A stretch of 33,745 nt of DNA from Candidatus Nanohaloarchaea archaeon. Its GTDB lineage: Archaea; Nanohalarchaeota; Nanosalinia; Nanosalinales; Nanosalinaceae. Location of the stretch: NCBI GenBank assembly GCA_041639695.1, contig JBEQBQ010000012.1:1-33745 (forward strand). Reading direction: 5' to 3'. This document shows, one piece after another, positions 27,001 to 33,745 of the stretch. A model generated the notes under the pieces. That model searched no databases. It saw only the letters and a program-made list of their open reading frames with translations, and had not been told where the DNA came from. The number at the start of each line of letters is the position of its first letter. The first letter of the stretch is position 1. A program made the position numbers and the translations under genes.

Positions 27001-27132
27001 ACATTCCTTTACTCGTTGAGAGGTCCGGAGGACTGGGTCGTAGTGCGTTCAAGCCAAAAGCTTGAGGAAGGTTCTACAACCTTACAGGGCGAGCTGAAGA
27101 TTCATCACGGCGATCTCTACCTAGAGGTCTAG
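24055..27132 (+). CDS. Giant coiled-coil protein with C-terminal OB-fold-like domain (long paralog of 19547-20497)
   Basis: Head motif EEKKSEWEDAF; about 900 aa E/K-rich coil with KAD repeats; C-terminal LDKGMTGNKMKVKG...YSLRGPEDWVVVRS...LQGELK. No Walker A, TM segment or signal peptide. Confidence 0.85.
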   Translation: MSLKQIISDLRTSDEKFEKEIEKVQKQEEKEIVSELDDDMKKLVEEKKSEWEDAFENYREEDREKFIQALEHIKNDFIQELRQDVKQVTKQHHEEIRQKLLEELDEFEEKEEELSEEIELEVENQRERINSRLNQKANELEDELEEQISELEQKKQEMEENIESTSSEVDEKLELLENKLQKAQQKIDSALESEKEEIENRFEQQNNELKRRQQEAKQELESKTKELENEIEEEITEIEGEARDLRTEFSEFRESVNSELEEKGEELDSKFKNKQEKVEKNLESKKKELDEHFKDRNSEIEEKVENIRSEVKEHKENTDSRLEQKENDLKQKEKELDQKLEEKEKKLDSKIEKEQKKVEKELEEKKDKLDRNLSEKSQEIEERIDEISSQVEKHEENVKSRLEEKEEKLESEIENHRQETDLRLENEFEKLEDRMEHDSKQLGEKFKQKSKQLDQKVDKKLDSSRFEEKTEKLSGKISEISEEQERNRSQLQDLNQEIDGLNEKIDDTKDEFNNRIEFEKESRQETVKELDQKLETKADSNKLENRVQELKESIEQNSKNLDNTQEELNERLEQKINAEELESSIKSAKDALSNRIKSKANTKEIDELKENLESSKTKFNEKLEDKTGDLEEKIDSKADKKIREDVEEVEKGLENIQQEVQNAIKEQENRFESLQTELEQKIDGELQEAESERTNIKDQLDEKADSSKLEHLKQDIQSRPKSSKVDEKFEEVLEEVAEYEKKIEVNQENFEQLKQSLGSAVEEQELKEVEENIRELISDKPGEKRINSLEQRIDEKPGLEQLEETIDQQIDSKADSEKVEELEKRLKETADAQIEDEIEELEQKIEDANKLENDLQTVKQRLEEIEDSDNATEEDVEELRKDVEQKMLEPQEVKRIASSSQEVEKLEERVEKLESSDRSDLEKRVAELEKKLEQGSESKNPDKRPEKKSQKDFFQPVDLDKGMTGNKMKVKGELNFHEETSGTFLYSLRGPEDWVVVRSSQKLEEGSTTLQGELKIHHGDLYLEV
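24850..25280 (+). repeat. Internal ~80-aa (240-nt period) duplication in the giant coiled-coil gene
   Basis: ELDSKFKNKQEKVEKNLESKKKELDEHF...EHKENTDSRLEQKE (from 24850) versus KLDSKIEKEQKKVEKELEEKKDKLDRNL...KHEENVKSRLEEKE (from 25090). Confidence 0.7.
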
Positions 27133-27533
27133 ATCTTTGACTTTATTTTCTCAGCTAATTCTTCGCCGTTCTCAAGCTCTTCTCTATCATACTTAATCTC
27201 TATCTCCTCGCCAGTATATCTAGGGGTTACGTGGAAGTGCATGTGCATGACTTCTTGGCCGGCAACTTCTCCGTTATTCTGTTCAACGTTTATTCCTTCG
27301 GCATCGAATGCGTTTTTTACAGCGTTTGAGACTTTGACTATTCCATTCCACATAAAGTCCATGTCTTCTGCTTCGTGTATGTTTTCGATGTGCTGCTTTG
27401 GCACCACTAATGCGTGACCTTTTGACACAGGTTGAGCGTCTAGAAAAGCTATCAGGTTCTCTGTCTCGTAAATTTTGTGCGATGGGGCCTGGCCTTCGAT
27501 TATCTTGCAGAATATGCAGTCTTCCATGACCAT
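27129..27533 (-). CDS. hit: HIT family hydrolase (Hint-like)
   Basis: DCIFCKII, AFLD..P.SKGHALVVPK.H, AGQEVMHMHFHV.PR. Confidence 0.95.
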   Translation of the reverse strand: MVMEDCIFCKIIEGQAPSHKIYETENLIAFLDAQPVSKGHALVVPKQHIENIHEAEDMDFMWNGIVKVSNAVKNAFDAEGINVEQNNGEVAGQEVMHMHFHVTPRYTGEEIEIKYDREELENGEELAEKIKSKI

Positions 27534-27618
27534 GTTTGGGTTTTTCTTTGCGTAAGTATTTTTGAGTTCTAAAGCTCGACCACGTTTAAAAGTGTTGTAC
27601 CCCCCTGTAAAGTTACAG

Positions 27619-27693
27619 GCGGCCGTGGTGTAGTCTGGCCAATCATTTCGGCCTTTCGAGCCGATGACCCGGGTTCAAATCCCGGCGGCCGCA
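27619..27693 (+). tRNA. tRNA-Glu (TTC), intronless
   Basis: GCGGCCG/CGGCCGC acceptor; TCGGC-CT TTC GA-GCCGA; CCGGG TTCAAAT CCCGG; TATA-like TTTAAAA about 30 nt upstream. Confidence 0.97.
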
Positions 27694-27728
27694 AATCCTT
27701 TATCGTTTCTATCAAATCTGAGTAAAAT

Positions 27729-28211
27729 ATGGTCGAACCTCTTTCAGTAGCACTCGGAGCAGTTATCAAGGAGGGAAAAGTTCTTCTTGTTAAGAGAGAA
27801 TCTAACAACTTCAAGAACCTTTACGGTTTTCCAGGCGGCAAAATAGAGGGAGAGGAACATATCCGCGATGCGTTAAAAAGAGAGATTGAAGAGGAAACAG
27901 GCTTTGAAACAAGTCTTAAACGTCATCTAGGAACTGTATCGGAAAAGATAGAGAATCCTGAAGGCCATTCTCCAGTATTATTACATTTCTTCGAGATGAA
28001 GATTGAAAGAAAAAGTTCTGAATCGGAAATGGCGACAAGTTGGTTTGAACTTGAAACAATATCACAAAATGAGAGCTCTATTATCCCCAGCGGCTTCCAG
28101 ATGATACAGGAAATTGTTAAGGATGGAGAAAGAGGCTATTTCGAAAGCAACATAGGTAAGAAAAGCAAAAAAGCTTATTTAGATAGATTCGACAAAATAG
28201 GAAAGGATTAG
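27729..28211 (+). CDS. Nudix hydrolase
   Basis: YGFPGGKIEGEEHIRDALKREIEEETG Nudix box. Confidence 0.92.
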   Translation: MVEPLSVALGAVIKEGKVLLVKRESNNFKNLYGFPGGKIEGEEHIRDALKREIEEETGFETSLKRHLGTVSEKIENPEGHSPVLLHFFEMKIERKSSESEMATSWFELETISQNESSIIPSGFQMIQEIVKDGERGYFESNIGKKSKKAYLDRFDKIGKD

Positions 28212-28810
28212 TGGATGTCGTGACCTCTTTCCCGGTCACGTTGCCTAAGTGCTTCATCCACTGATTTATCTTCGTGCTCTTCCGCCGAATCAATTATATC
28301 CCGGACTCTCTCGTTTCCGGAGTATTCCGGCCTTAGATCTCCTCTGAACAGGTCTTCTAGGTCGTCCCATTTCTCTTTGTGGATCATTTCCTGTACGTCC
28401 TCTCTTTTCAGCATGTCTACAACCTCTTCCCGATCCATCTCTTCAAGGTCTTGGACGATTCCTTGGTCCTCCATAAGGTTCTGTTTTCTCTTTACTGCGA
28501 TCAATCCGTTTACAACTCTGAGCGCGTCCATCATCTGGGCGTGTTCGTTGTGGTAGATCGCCATCTCGTCTTCGATTGAGGCAATTTCTTCAGCCAGCTC
28601 TTCTTCAAGAAGATCATCGTCCGTCCCTCTTAATCTTTCGAATTTTCTTCTTCTCTTCTCGGCGAGGCCTTCATGCTTGTCTCTTTTGAGTTCCATGTCG
28701 GCACGGATCTCTGATTTTTCTTCCATTAGTTCGTCGAGATCCATGTCCTCGATTTTTACAGTATCATCCTTTGTGAATCTGTCGATTATACCGCTTAATA
28801 CAGCTACCAT
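28208..28810 (-). CDS. Helical-hairpin protein, candidate divergent ESCRT-III/Snf7/PspA-like
   Basis: Start ATG 28810 (MVAVLSGIIDRFTK) with TATTTA about 26 nt upstream; the ORF-track extension overlaps the upstream gene. 200 aa, all helical. Confidence 0.7.
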   Translation of the reverse strand: MVAVLSGIIDRFTKDDTVKIEDMDLDELMEEKSEIRADMELKRDKHEGLAEKRRRKFERLRGTDDDLLEEELAEEIASIEDEMAIYHNEHAQMMDALRVVNGLIAVKRKQNLMEDQGIVQDLEEMDREEVVDMLKREDVQEMIHKEKWDDLEDLFRGDLRPEYSGNERVRDIIDSAEEHEDKSVDEALRQRDRERGHDIH

Positions 28811-28842
28811 AGAACAATATTGAATATTTTGAACTAAATAGG

Positions 28843-29160
28843 TTAGCTGTAGTTCTGCCTGAAAGCATTCCAGCGATACCTCAGAGTCTTGAAGCATTCC
28901 TTCGCAGGATCTCCCTGCTCGAAGAACATCCTCTTCCAACCAGTCTCCGTCTCAACCTTTATGTTTGGAAACATAGACTCAGGCTGGAACTCTAGAGACT
29001 CAATCTTGGAGAAATGCGTCTTGTCCAGAAGCTCATCAGAGCTGAAGTTTTCCTCTATTCTCTCCCAGTCAGGATTGTCGTTTCTCTTTCTCTCAACGTG
29101 TTCAGTCGAGACCGCAACCTTTCCCAGCTCCGAGTCAAACTCCTCATGCTCCATAAACAT
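28843..29160 (-). CDS. Hypothetical protein, possible PH-like fold
   Basis: Alternating beta strands (GKVAVSTEHVER, HFSKIESLEF, NIKVET, KRMFFE) ending in a single amphipathic helix. Confidence 0.65.
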   Translation of the reverse strand: MFMEHEEFDSELGKVAVSTEHVERKRNDNPDWERIEENFSSDELLDKTHFSKIESLEFQPESMFPNIKVETETGWKRMFFEQGDPAKECFKTLRYRWNAFRQNYS

Positions 29161-29190
29161 TTACTGGTAGAAACTGGTTTTTAACCGTGT

Positions 29191-29745
29191 TCAGAGATGT
29201 TTCTGACCTGCCTTTACAAGCGAATCAGGGTAAACCGGGCTAGGCTTCGGAACAGGCCCTTCTGCTTCCGCCAACTTTCGAGGGCTTGACCCTTTCCGTC
29301 TTCTCTCACCAACCTCAATCCTGTAAGCTATCTCAGGTAACCGGTCAGTATATTGAAACTCTGCCTTTCTCAACCTTGATTCAACGGTTGGAAGATCATG
29401 ACCTAACCGATTCAAAGTCTGTGGCAGGCTCTCATAATCCTCTTCCTCCATATAAGCCGATAGAACCACGGAATGAGATGAGAGACCATCTTTACAGAGC
29501 CTATCTACAACCTCCCGAGGACCTAAATTCAAAGGTCCAGCCAGTTCTTCCGCATTACCTGTCGCGTAAACCAGTTCTCCAAGAGATCTATGGCCTTGAA
29601 CCACGTGGTTGCTTTCAATCTCGACCGGCTGATCATAGTCCGAAGGATGATCAACCTCTTCAACCGTTTCAAGAAACCTTTTTTCCTGGTCTGAAAGATC
29701 GTTTTCTCTGGAGAGAAGATTTCTTACCCCCGGAAGAACTTTCAT
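29191..29745 (-). CDS. Hypothetical protein
   Basis: 184 aa ORF, co-oriented with neighbours, host-like composition. Confidence 0.65.
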   Translation of the reverse strand: MKVLPGVRNLLSRENDLSDQEKRFLETVEEVDHPSDYDQPVEIESNHVVQGHRSLGELVYATGNAEELAGPLNLGPREVVDRLCKDGLSSHSVVLSAYMEEEDYESLPQTLNRLGHDLPTVESRLRKAEFQYTDRLPEIAYRIEVGERRRKGSSPRKLAEAEGPVPKPSPVYPDSLVKAGQKHL

Positions 29746-29781
29746 GGTGAAAAAGTTCTTTACTGAAAAATTAAATACCTG

Positions 29782-30483
29782 TCATTCTCCCCTGTATTCG
29801 CCTTCCTGCCTTCGGAAAGGCTTCTCATCCATCTCTTCCCTCACATGTGCGACCATTCCAGGAGTTCTCGCGATAATGAAGATTCCTTTTCCCAGTTTCC
29901 AGTCCCAGCCAAGCTCCGACATCACAGCGGCTATTGCGCCGTCCACGTTCAAAACCAAATCAACTTTGCTCTCTGCAAGCTCTTTCTTTAAATCAAGCAT
30001 CTTCTCTATACTTTTTCCGTTGAAACCGTTTTCACGTGCTTTCTCCAGTATCTTCCGGGCTCTCGGATCCTCTTCATCGTAGACCTTGTGTCCTAATCCC
30101 GGAACTCTTTCACCCTGTTCAAGCTTTTCCTCAACTATTTTTTCCGCAGATTTCGAGGACTGAACCAGTTTCATCGCCTCCTCGATCGCCCCGCCATGAG
30201 AGTCGCCTAAAGCAAGTATTCCGGCGGCCACTGAAGCATTCATCGAGTTCCCGCCGCTCTGAACCGTTCTAGCTGAAACAGTTGAAGGATTTCCAACACC
30301 GTGATCTATAGAGCTTGAAAGAACAGTATTGAATATTTCAGATTCGGCTTCGGAAGGTTTTTCTCCCTTTAATATTAGATATATCGCGTCGGAGAACCCC
30401 ATACCCATAACTTCGTCGAGTTCCTCCCCTCTAATAACAGAATCTTTTCCGCTTGAAGATATCTCTGTTTCCCAGTCCGTCAT
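29782..30483 (-). CDS. ccl: Citryl-CoA lyase (citrate-synthase-like module of ATP-citrate lyase)
   Basis: WETEIS, IDHG, GDSHGGAIE, RVPGLGHKVY..DPR, LNVDGAIA, FIIART.G..AH..EE. Confidence 0.9.
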   Translation of the reverse strand: MTDWETEISSSGKDSVIRGEELDEVMGMGFSDAIYLILKGEKPSEAESEIFNTVLSSSIDHGVGNPSTVSARTVQSGGNSMNASVAAGILALGDSHGGAIEEAMKLVQSSKSAEKIVEEKLEQGERVPGLGHKVYDEEDPRARKILEKARENGFNGKSIEKMLDLKKELAESKVDLVLNVDGAIAAVMSELGWDWKLGKGIFIIARTPGMVAHVREEMDEKPFRRQEGEYRGE

Positions 30484-30495
30484 AAGTTTAACTTG

Positions 30496-31386
30496 TTAGA
30501 GAATTTCTTTTAGCTTTTCACCTATCTCGTGGTGCACCTCAACTACCTCCGCACCTGCATCTCTCAAGGCTTTCTTCTTTCCGGAAGGTGTTCCCCTTTC
30601 TCCTCTGATGATTGCTCCAGCATGACCGTACTTCTTTTCAGGCATCGACTCCGTAAACTGTCCGGCAATAAAACCGACTAAAGGCTTCGAAAAACCGCCT
30701 TTTCCGACCAGTTCGGCAGCTTTCTCCTCGTAAGTTCCCCCCAGCTCACCGTACATCACCACTGCATCGGTCTGACTATCCTCCTCAAACATTTCAAGAG
30801 CGTCCCGGTAGCTTGTGCCACAGAAAACATCGCCGCCTATCGCCACAGCAGTAGAAACCCCGAAGCCGGCCTGTCTCAACACCCATGCTGTCTCTGTAGT
30901 CATGCCTCCGCTCTTAGAAATTATACCTACCCTTCCTTGGTTGTAGACGTTTTCGGGTTCGGAGCCGCCGATCGGACCTAGTTTTGATTTACCTGGAGAA
31001 ATTATTCCCACGGAAGTAGGACCTACAACCCTGACACCATTTTCTCGTGCTTTCTGCAAGATTTCGTAGGCATCTCTAGTCGGTATACGTTCAGTTACTA
31101 TATTCAGTAGTTCTATACCGTTTTCTATTGCTTCGAAGGCTGCATCTTTCGCGGCAAAAGGAGGTACGTAAATTAGAGAGGTGTTGATTTCCGGATGCTG
31201 TTCTCTGGCTTGTTTAACAGTATTGTAGACAGGGACTCCTGCGACCTCTTGACCTTTCTTTCCAGGCGTAACCCCTGCCACAACCTCGGTACCGTAATCA
31301 ATCATTTCAGGCACTTTCTCTGAGGCTTCCCTGCCTGTTATTCCCTGGACAAGAACTTTTGTTTCCTCATCGATAAGTATGCTCAT
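30496..31386 (-). CDS. CoA-binding alpha subunit of citryl-CoA synthetase/ATP-citrate lyase (SucD family)
   Basis: VLVQGITG, GVTPGK, ISKSGGMT.E, AVAIGGD, YGELGG, phospho-His loop YGHAGAII. Confidence 0.88.
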   Translation of the reverse strand: MSILIDEETKVLVQGITGREASEKVPEMIDYGTEVVAGVTPGKKGQEVAGVPVYNTVKQAREQHPEINTSLIYVPPFAAKDAAFEAIENGIELLNIVTERIPTRDAYEILQKARENGVRVVGPTSVGIISPGKSKLGPIGGSEPENVYNQGRVGIISKSGGMTTETAWVLRQAGFGVSTAVAIGGDVFCGTSYRDALEMFEEDSQTDAVVMYGELGGTYEEKAAELVGKGGFSKPLVGFIAGQFTESMPEKKYGHAGAIIRGERGTPSGKKKALRDAGAEVVEVHHEIGEKLKEIL

Positions 31387-32025
31387 TCAAAAAACCTCCA
31401 TAACCTCCACGACCTTTTCGTAGTTGAACTGTTCTATGCTTCTCCCTTTCCAAGATTTGCCCCACGTCTTGAAAGCCGTCACCCAGACAAAATCCATGCC
31501 GACCTTACGTGCTGAAGTATCCCTACGCGTATCATTACCGAAGTAGATGCATTCGTAACCTTCAGCCCCTCTGCGATTCAAGAATTCTTCAAAAATCTTT
31601 TTCGATGGCTTTTTTTCACCTAACTCTTCAGAGACCACAAAACCGTTTATCTCCACGCCTCTAGCATTAAAAAGTTCTTGATGGAAACTTTTGGCCTTCA
31701 AACTGTTGTCACTTATAATGCCGGGCGCCTCTCCAACCGATCCAAGCTTACTTAGAATTTCAAAAGCCCCTGAGTTCTCTAAAGCATTCTCCTTGGATCT
31801 CTTGATCTCATTCACAGTTTTTCCTGCATCCACCTCAATTTCTTCCTTTCTCAACCATTTGTCGACCGATTTTTCACTGTACTGGTCTACCTCTCTGACA
31901 GGAAATTCCGGTGGTTGCTCGACCCCTCTACCCTCAAGAAACCTCTTTACTGTAGTTTTAGTCAACGGTATCGATGGTGAAAGAGTGTCCCCGATATCAA
32001 AGACCGGAATCTTGTCTTTACTCAC
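31387..32025 (-). CDS. HAD-superfamily hydrolase
   Basis: FDIGDTL, IISDN, VVSEELG.KKPS..IF, YFGND..RD..AR.VGM; GTG start overlaps the upstream stop. Confidence 0.88.
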   Translation of the reverse strand: MSKDKIPVFDIGDTLSPSIPLTKTTVKRFLEGRGVEQPPEFPVREVDQYSEKSVDKWLRKEEIEVDAGKTVNEIKRSKENALENSGAFEILSKLGSVGEAPGIISDNSLKAKSFHQELFNARGVEINGFVVSEELGEKKPSKKIFEEFLNRRGAEGYECIYFGNDTRRDTSARKVGMDFVWVTAFKTWGKSWKGRSIEQFNYEKVVEVMEVF

Positions 32026-33137
32026 CTGGCCTCCACCATCTCCATCAGCTCTTCAGCAGTTTTTGTCATAGGGGTATCGTTCCTGAAAAGCTTCATTTCC
32101 AATCCAAGTTCGTCCTTCGTTTCTCTCAAGAGTTCAAAAGCTTCATCGGCTTGAGGGCCGTCACGCCTAACAACAATCGGATAATCCGGTTTTTCCTCTC
32201 TCAAGGCTTTGCAGAACCCTTTCATCGTCCTAAGTATGTTGGTGTTGTTTGCGGTTCCGCCAACGTGCCAAAGACCGTTGAGTTCTTTCGACATTATGAT
32301 CTTCGAGAGCCTGTAAACTTTTTCTGATGGCGGATTACCCCCGTACTCAGTGTAGTTCGCAGGTTTACCCCCGTACTCGACCAAAGCGTCCGTGTTGGTG
32401 AGGGATGCGCCTCCACCGGCCAGCATCATGCCTATATCTCCGTCAAGCTCAGTATATTTTCCTGCTATACCCCTGTGATCATCTTCGTCAATCTTCTTTG
32501 CTTCCTTCTCTCTTTCTGTCTTTTTCCTACCCATGTCGGATCTTTCGGGAAAGCTTCTTTCTCTCCTATACTCTGCGTCATCATCAAGGTCTATCATCGC
32601 ATCAAGCACAACCAATCCGTTCTCTGTCTTCGCTAGAGGATTAATTTCGATCATTCTAGCATCTTCTTGCGTAAAAGTACTGTAAATTTTCGAGAGAACT
32701 GAGCCTAATTCCACTATATCGTCAAGATCGAAGTTTTCCTCTATGAACTGCCTGAACTCGTGAGGCATACCTTTCTCGATTACAAGTTTCTGTGTCTCTC
32801 TTTCTTCGATGCCTGAACCCCCTGTATCTGAGAAAAGCATTACCGGCGATCTGGTATCCGTATCGTAGAGAAACGCCACGTAGTATTCTTCTGAGAACTC
32901 AATCCTGTTCTCAATAAGTATTTCTTCGACTTTCTGGCCATTTACTGTAGATCCACGCATCTCTTCCGCTATTGTTTCTGCCTCTTCTCCTTTATCCGCA
33001 AAACATATTCCTCCATGTTCTTTCCTGTTCTTTGAAAGCACCTGAGCTTTCACAACAGACTCTTCTCCATCTCTTCCCGGAGTTTTGAGGCCGTAGTCGT
33101 CAAGAAGTTGTTTGGCCTCATGCTCGTAGAGCTTCAC
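32022..33137 (-). CDS. ATP-grasp + citrate-binding beta subunit of ATP-citrate lyase/citryl-CoA synthetase
   Basis: MKLYEHEAK, VVKAQV, IEINPL; ACL-type motifs AGGGAS, ANYTEYGGNP, GGTANNT, VVRRDGP (SucC has NGAGL / NFLDVGG / VRLEG instead). Confidence 0.88.
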   Translation of the reverse strand: MKLYEHEAKQLLDDYGLKTPGRDGEESVVKAQVLSKNRKEHGGICFADKGEEAETIAEEMRGSTVNGQKVEEILIENRIEFSEEYYVAFLYDTDTRSPVMLFSDTGGSGIEERETQKLVIEKGMPHEFRQFIEENFDLDDIVELGSVLSKIYSTFTQEDARMIEINPLAKTENGLVVLDAMIDLDDDAEYRRERSFPERSDMGRKKTEREKEAKKIDEDDHRGIAGKYTELDGDIGMMLAGGGASLTNTDALVEYGGKPANYTEYGGNPPSEKVYRLSKIIMSKELNGLWHVGGTANNTNILRTMKGFCKALREEKPDYPIVVRRDGPQADEAFELLRETKDELGLEMKLFRNDTPMTKTAEELMEMVEAR

Positions 33138-33158
33138 AGCCCAGAAATTATCGGAGAA

Positions 33159-33166
33159 GTTTAAAC
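33159..33166 (-). promoter_or_regulatory. TATA box for the ACL-like operon
   Basis: GTTTAAAC 22-29 nt upstream of the GTG start at 33137. Confidence 0.5.
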
Positions 33167-33218
33167 TATTGACCCGTTAAACCACAGATTCTAAACCCTG
33201 TTCTCACAACAATTTAGT

Positions 33219-33737
33219 ATGGTATACACGGGAAGGGGCGACCGCGGAAGAACAGACCTGTCCTCAGGAGAAAGAGTTTCGAAAAGCTCGGAGAGAATAC
33301 AGGCCTACGGAACAGTAGACGAACTTAACTCATTAGTAGGGCTGTGCAGAACGTATACTGAAGACAAGGAGGACGACCTCGAAAGAATACAGAACGAGCT
33401 CCATATATTACAGGCAGAGCTGGCAAACCGCGAACCGGACACCAAAGTAACAGAAGAAAACACGGAGAGACTTGAACAGCTCTGCGACAAGTACCAGAAC
33501 GAGTGCCCTCCGTTAAGAGACTTTATTCTGGCCGGAGGCATCAAAAGTGCGGCGCACCTACACCATGCCAGAAGCGTGTCTAGGAGAGCTGAGAGAAAAA
33601 TAGTTCAACTAGACCAGGACGAACAGCTGAGAGAAGAGGTATTGGCCTACATTAACCGGTTGAGCGACCTATTCTTCCTGATGGCACGGCACGAAAACTT
33701 TCTAGGAGATGTTGAAGAGAAAAATCCGGATTACTGA
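33219..33737 (+). CDS. pduO: ATP:cob(I)alamin adenosyltransferase, PduO type
   Basis: VYTGRGDRGRT, RVSKSS.RI.AYGTVDELNS, FILAGG, AR.V.RRAER, YINRLSDLFF. Confidence 0.95.
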   Translation: MVYTGRGDRGRTDLSSGERVSKSSERIQAYGTVDELNSLVGLCRTYTEDKEDDLERIQNELHILQAELANREPDTKVTEENTERLEQLCDKYQNECPPLRDFILAGGIKSAAHLHHARSVSRRAERKIVQLDQDEQLREEVLAYINRLSDLFFLMARHENFLGDVEEKNPDY

Positions 33738-33745
33738 TGAACCCC

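Noticed and set aside
24055-27132. SMC/Rad50 or myosin-like annotation for the 1025-aa protein
   Set aside because: No Walker A/B, signature motif, hinge or zinc hook; any similarity would be compositional.
27569-27814. Minus-strand 81-aa ORF
   Set aside because: Antisense translation of tRNA-Glu and the Nudix gene.
28811-28939. N-terminal extension of ORF 28208-28939
   Set aside because: Overlaps the upstream gene; the TATA position and amphipathic N-terminus fit ATG 28810.
30496-33137. Succinyl-CoA synthetase sucCD + citrate synthase (TCA cycle)
   Set aside because: The beta subunit has ACL-type AGGGAS/ANYTEYGGNP/VRRDGP motifs, and the 233-aa CS-like protein is too short for citrate synthase.

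Overview
Archaeal chromosomal window. It has an acidic Glu-rich proteome, mid GC, leaderless TATA promoters and a DPANN-type insertion in uS5, so it is most consistent with a nanohaloarchaeon (inference). The backbone is the spc/secY/alpha/L18e ribosomal superoperon (rps8-rpl6-rpl32e-rpl19e-rpl18-rps5-rpl30-rpl15-secY, DUF106, cbf5, rps13-rps4-rps11-rpoD, rpl18e-rpl13-rps9-rpoN), plus five tRNAs (Ser-TGA, Gln-CTG, Gln-TTG, Leu-TAA, Glu-TTC). Accessory genes sit at almost every junction. Main points of interest: (1) a twice-occurring divergent module pairing a 'trimeric coiled coil + internal twin-arginine signal + phage-tail-fibre-like' protein with a cytoplasmic 'conserved head + variable-length coiled coil + OB-fold' protein (316 aa and 1025 aa paralogs); (2) a candidate divergent ESCRT-III/Snf7-like protein preceded by a PH-like protein; (3) both tRNA-Gln genes carry non-canonical D-loop (21/22) introns, one has C33, and they bracket a nuclease/lipoprotein cassette; (4) a three-piece ATP-citrate lyase operon with an inserted HAD gene; (5) tandem HD paralogs with complementary motif loss. 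No CRISPR array, integrase or transposase was seen. All family assignments come from reading motifs by eye; no database searches were run.
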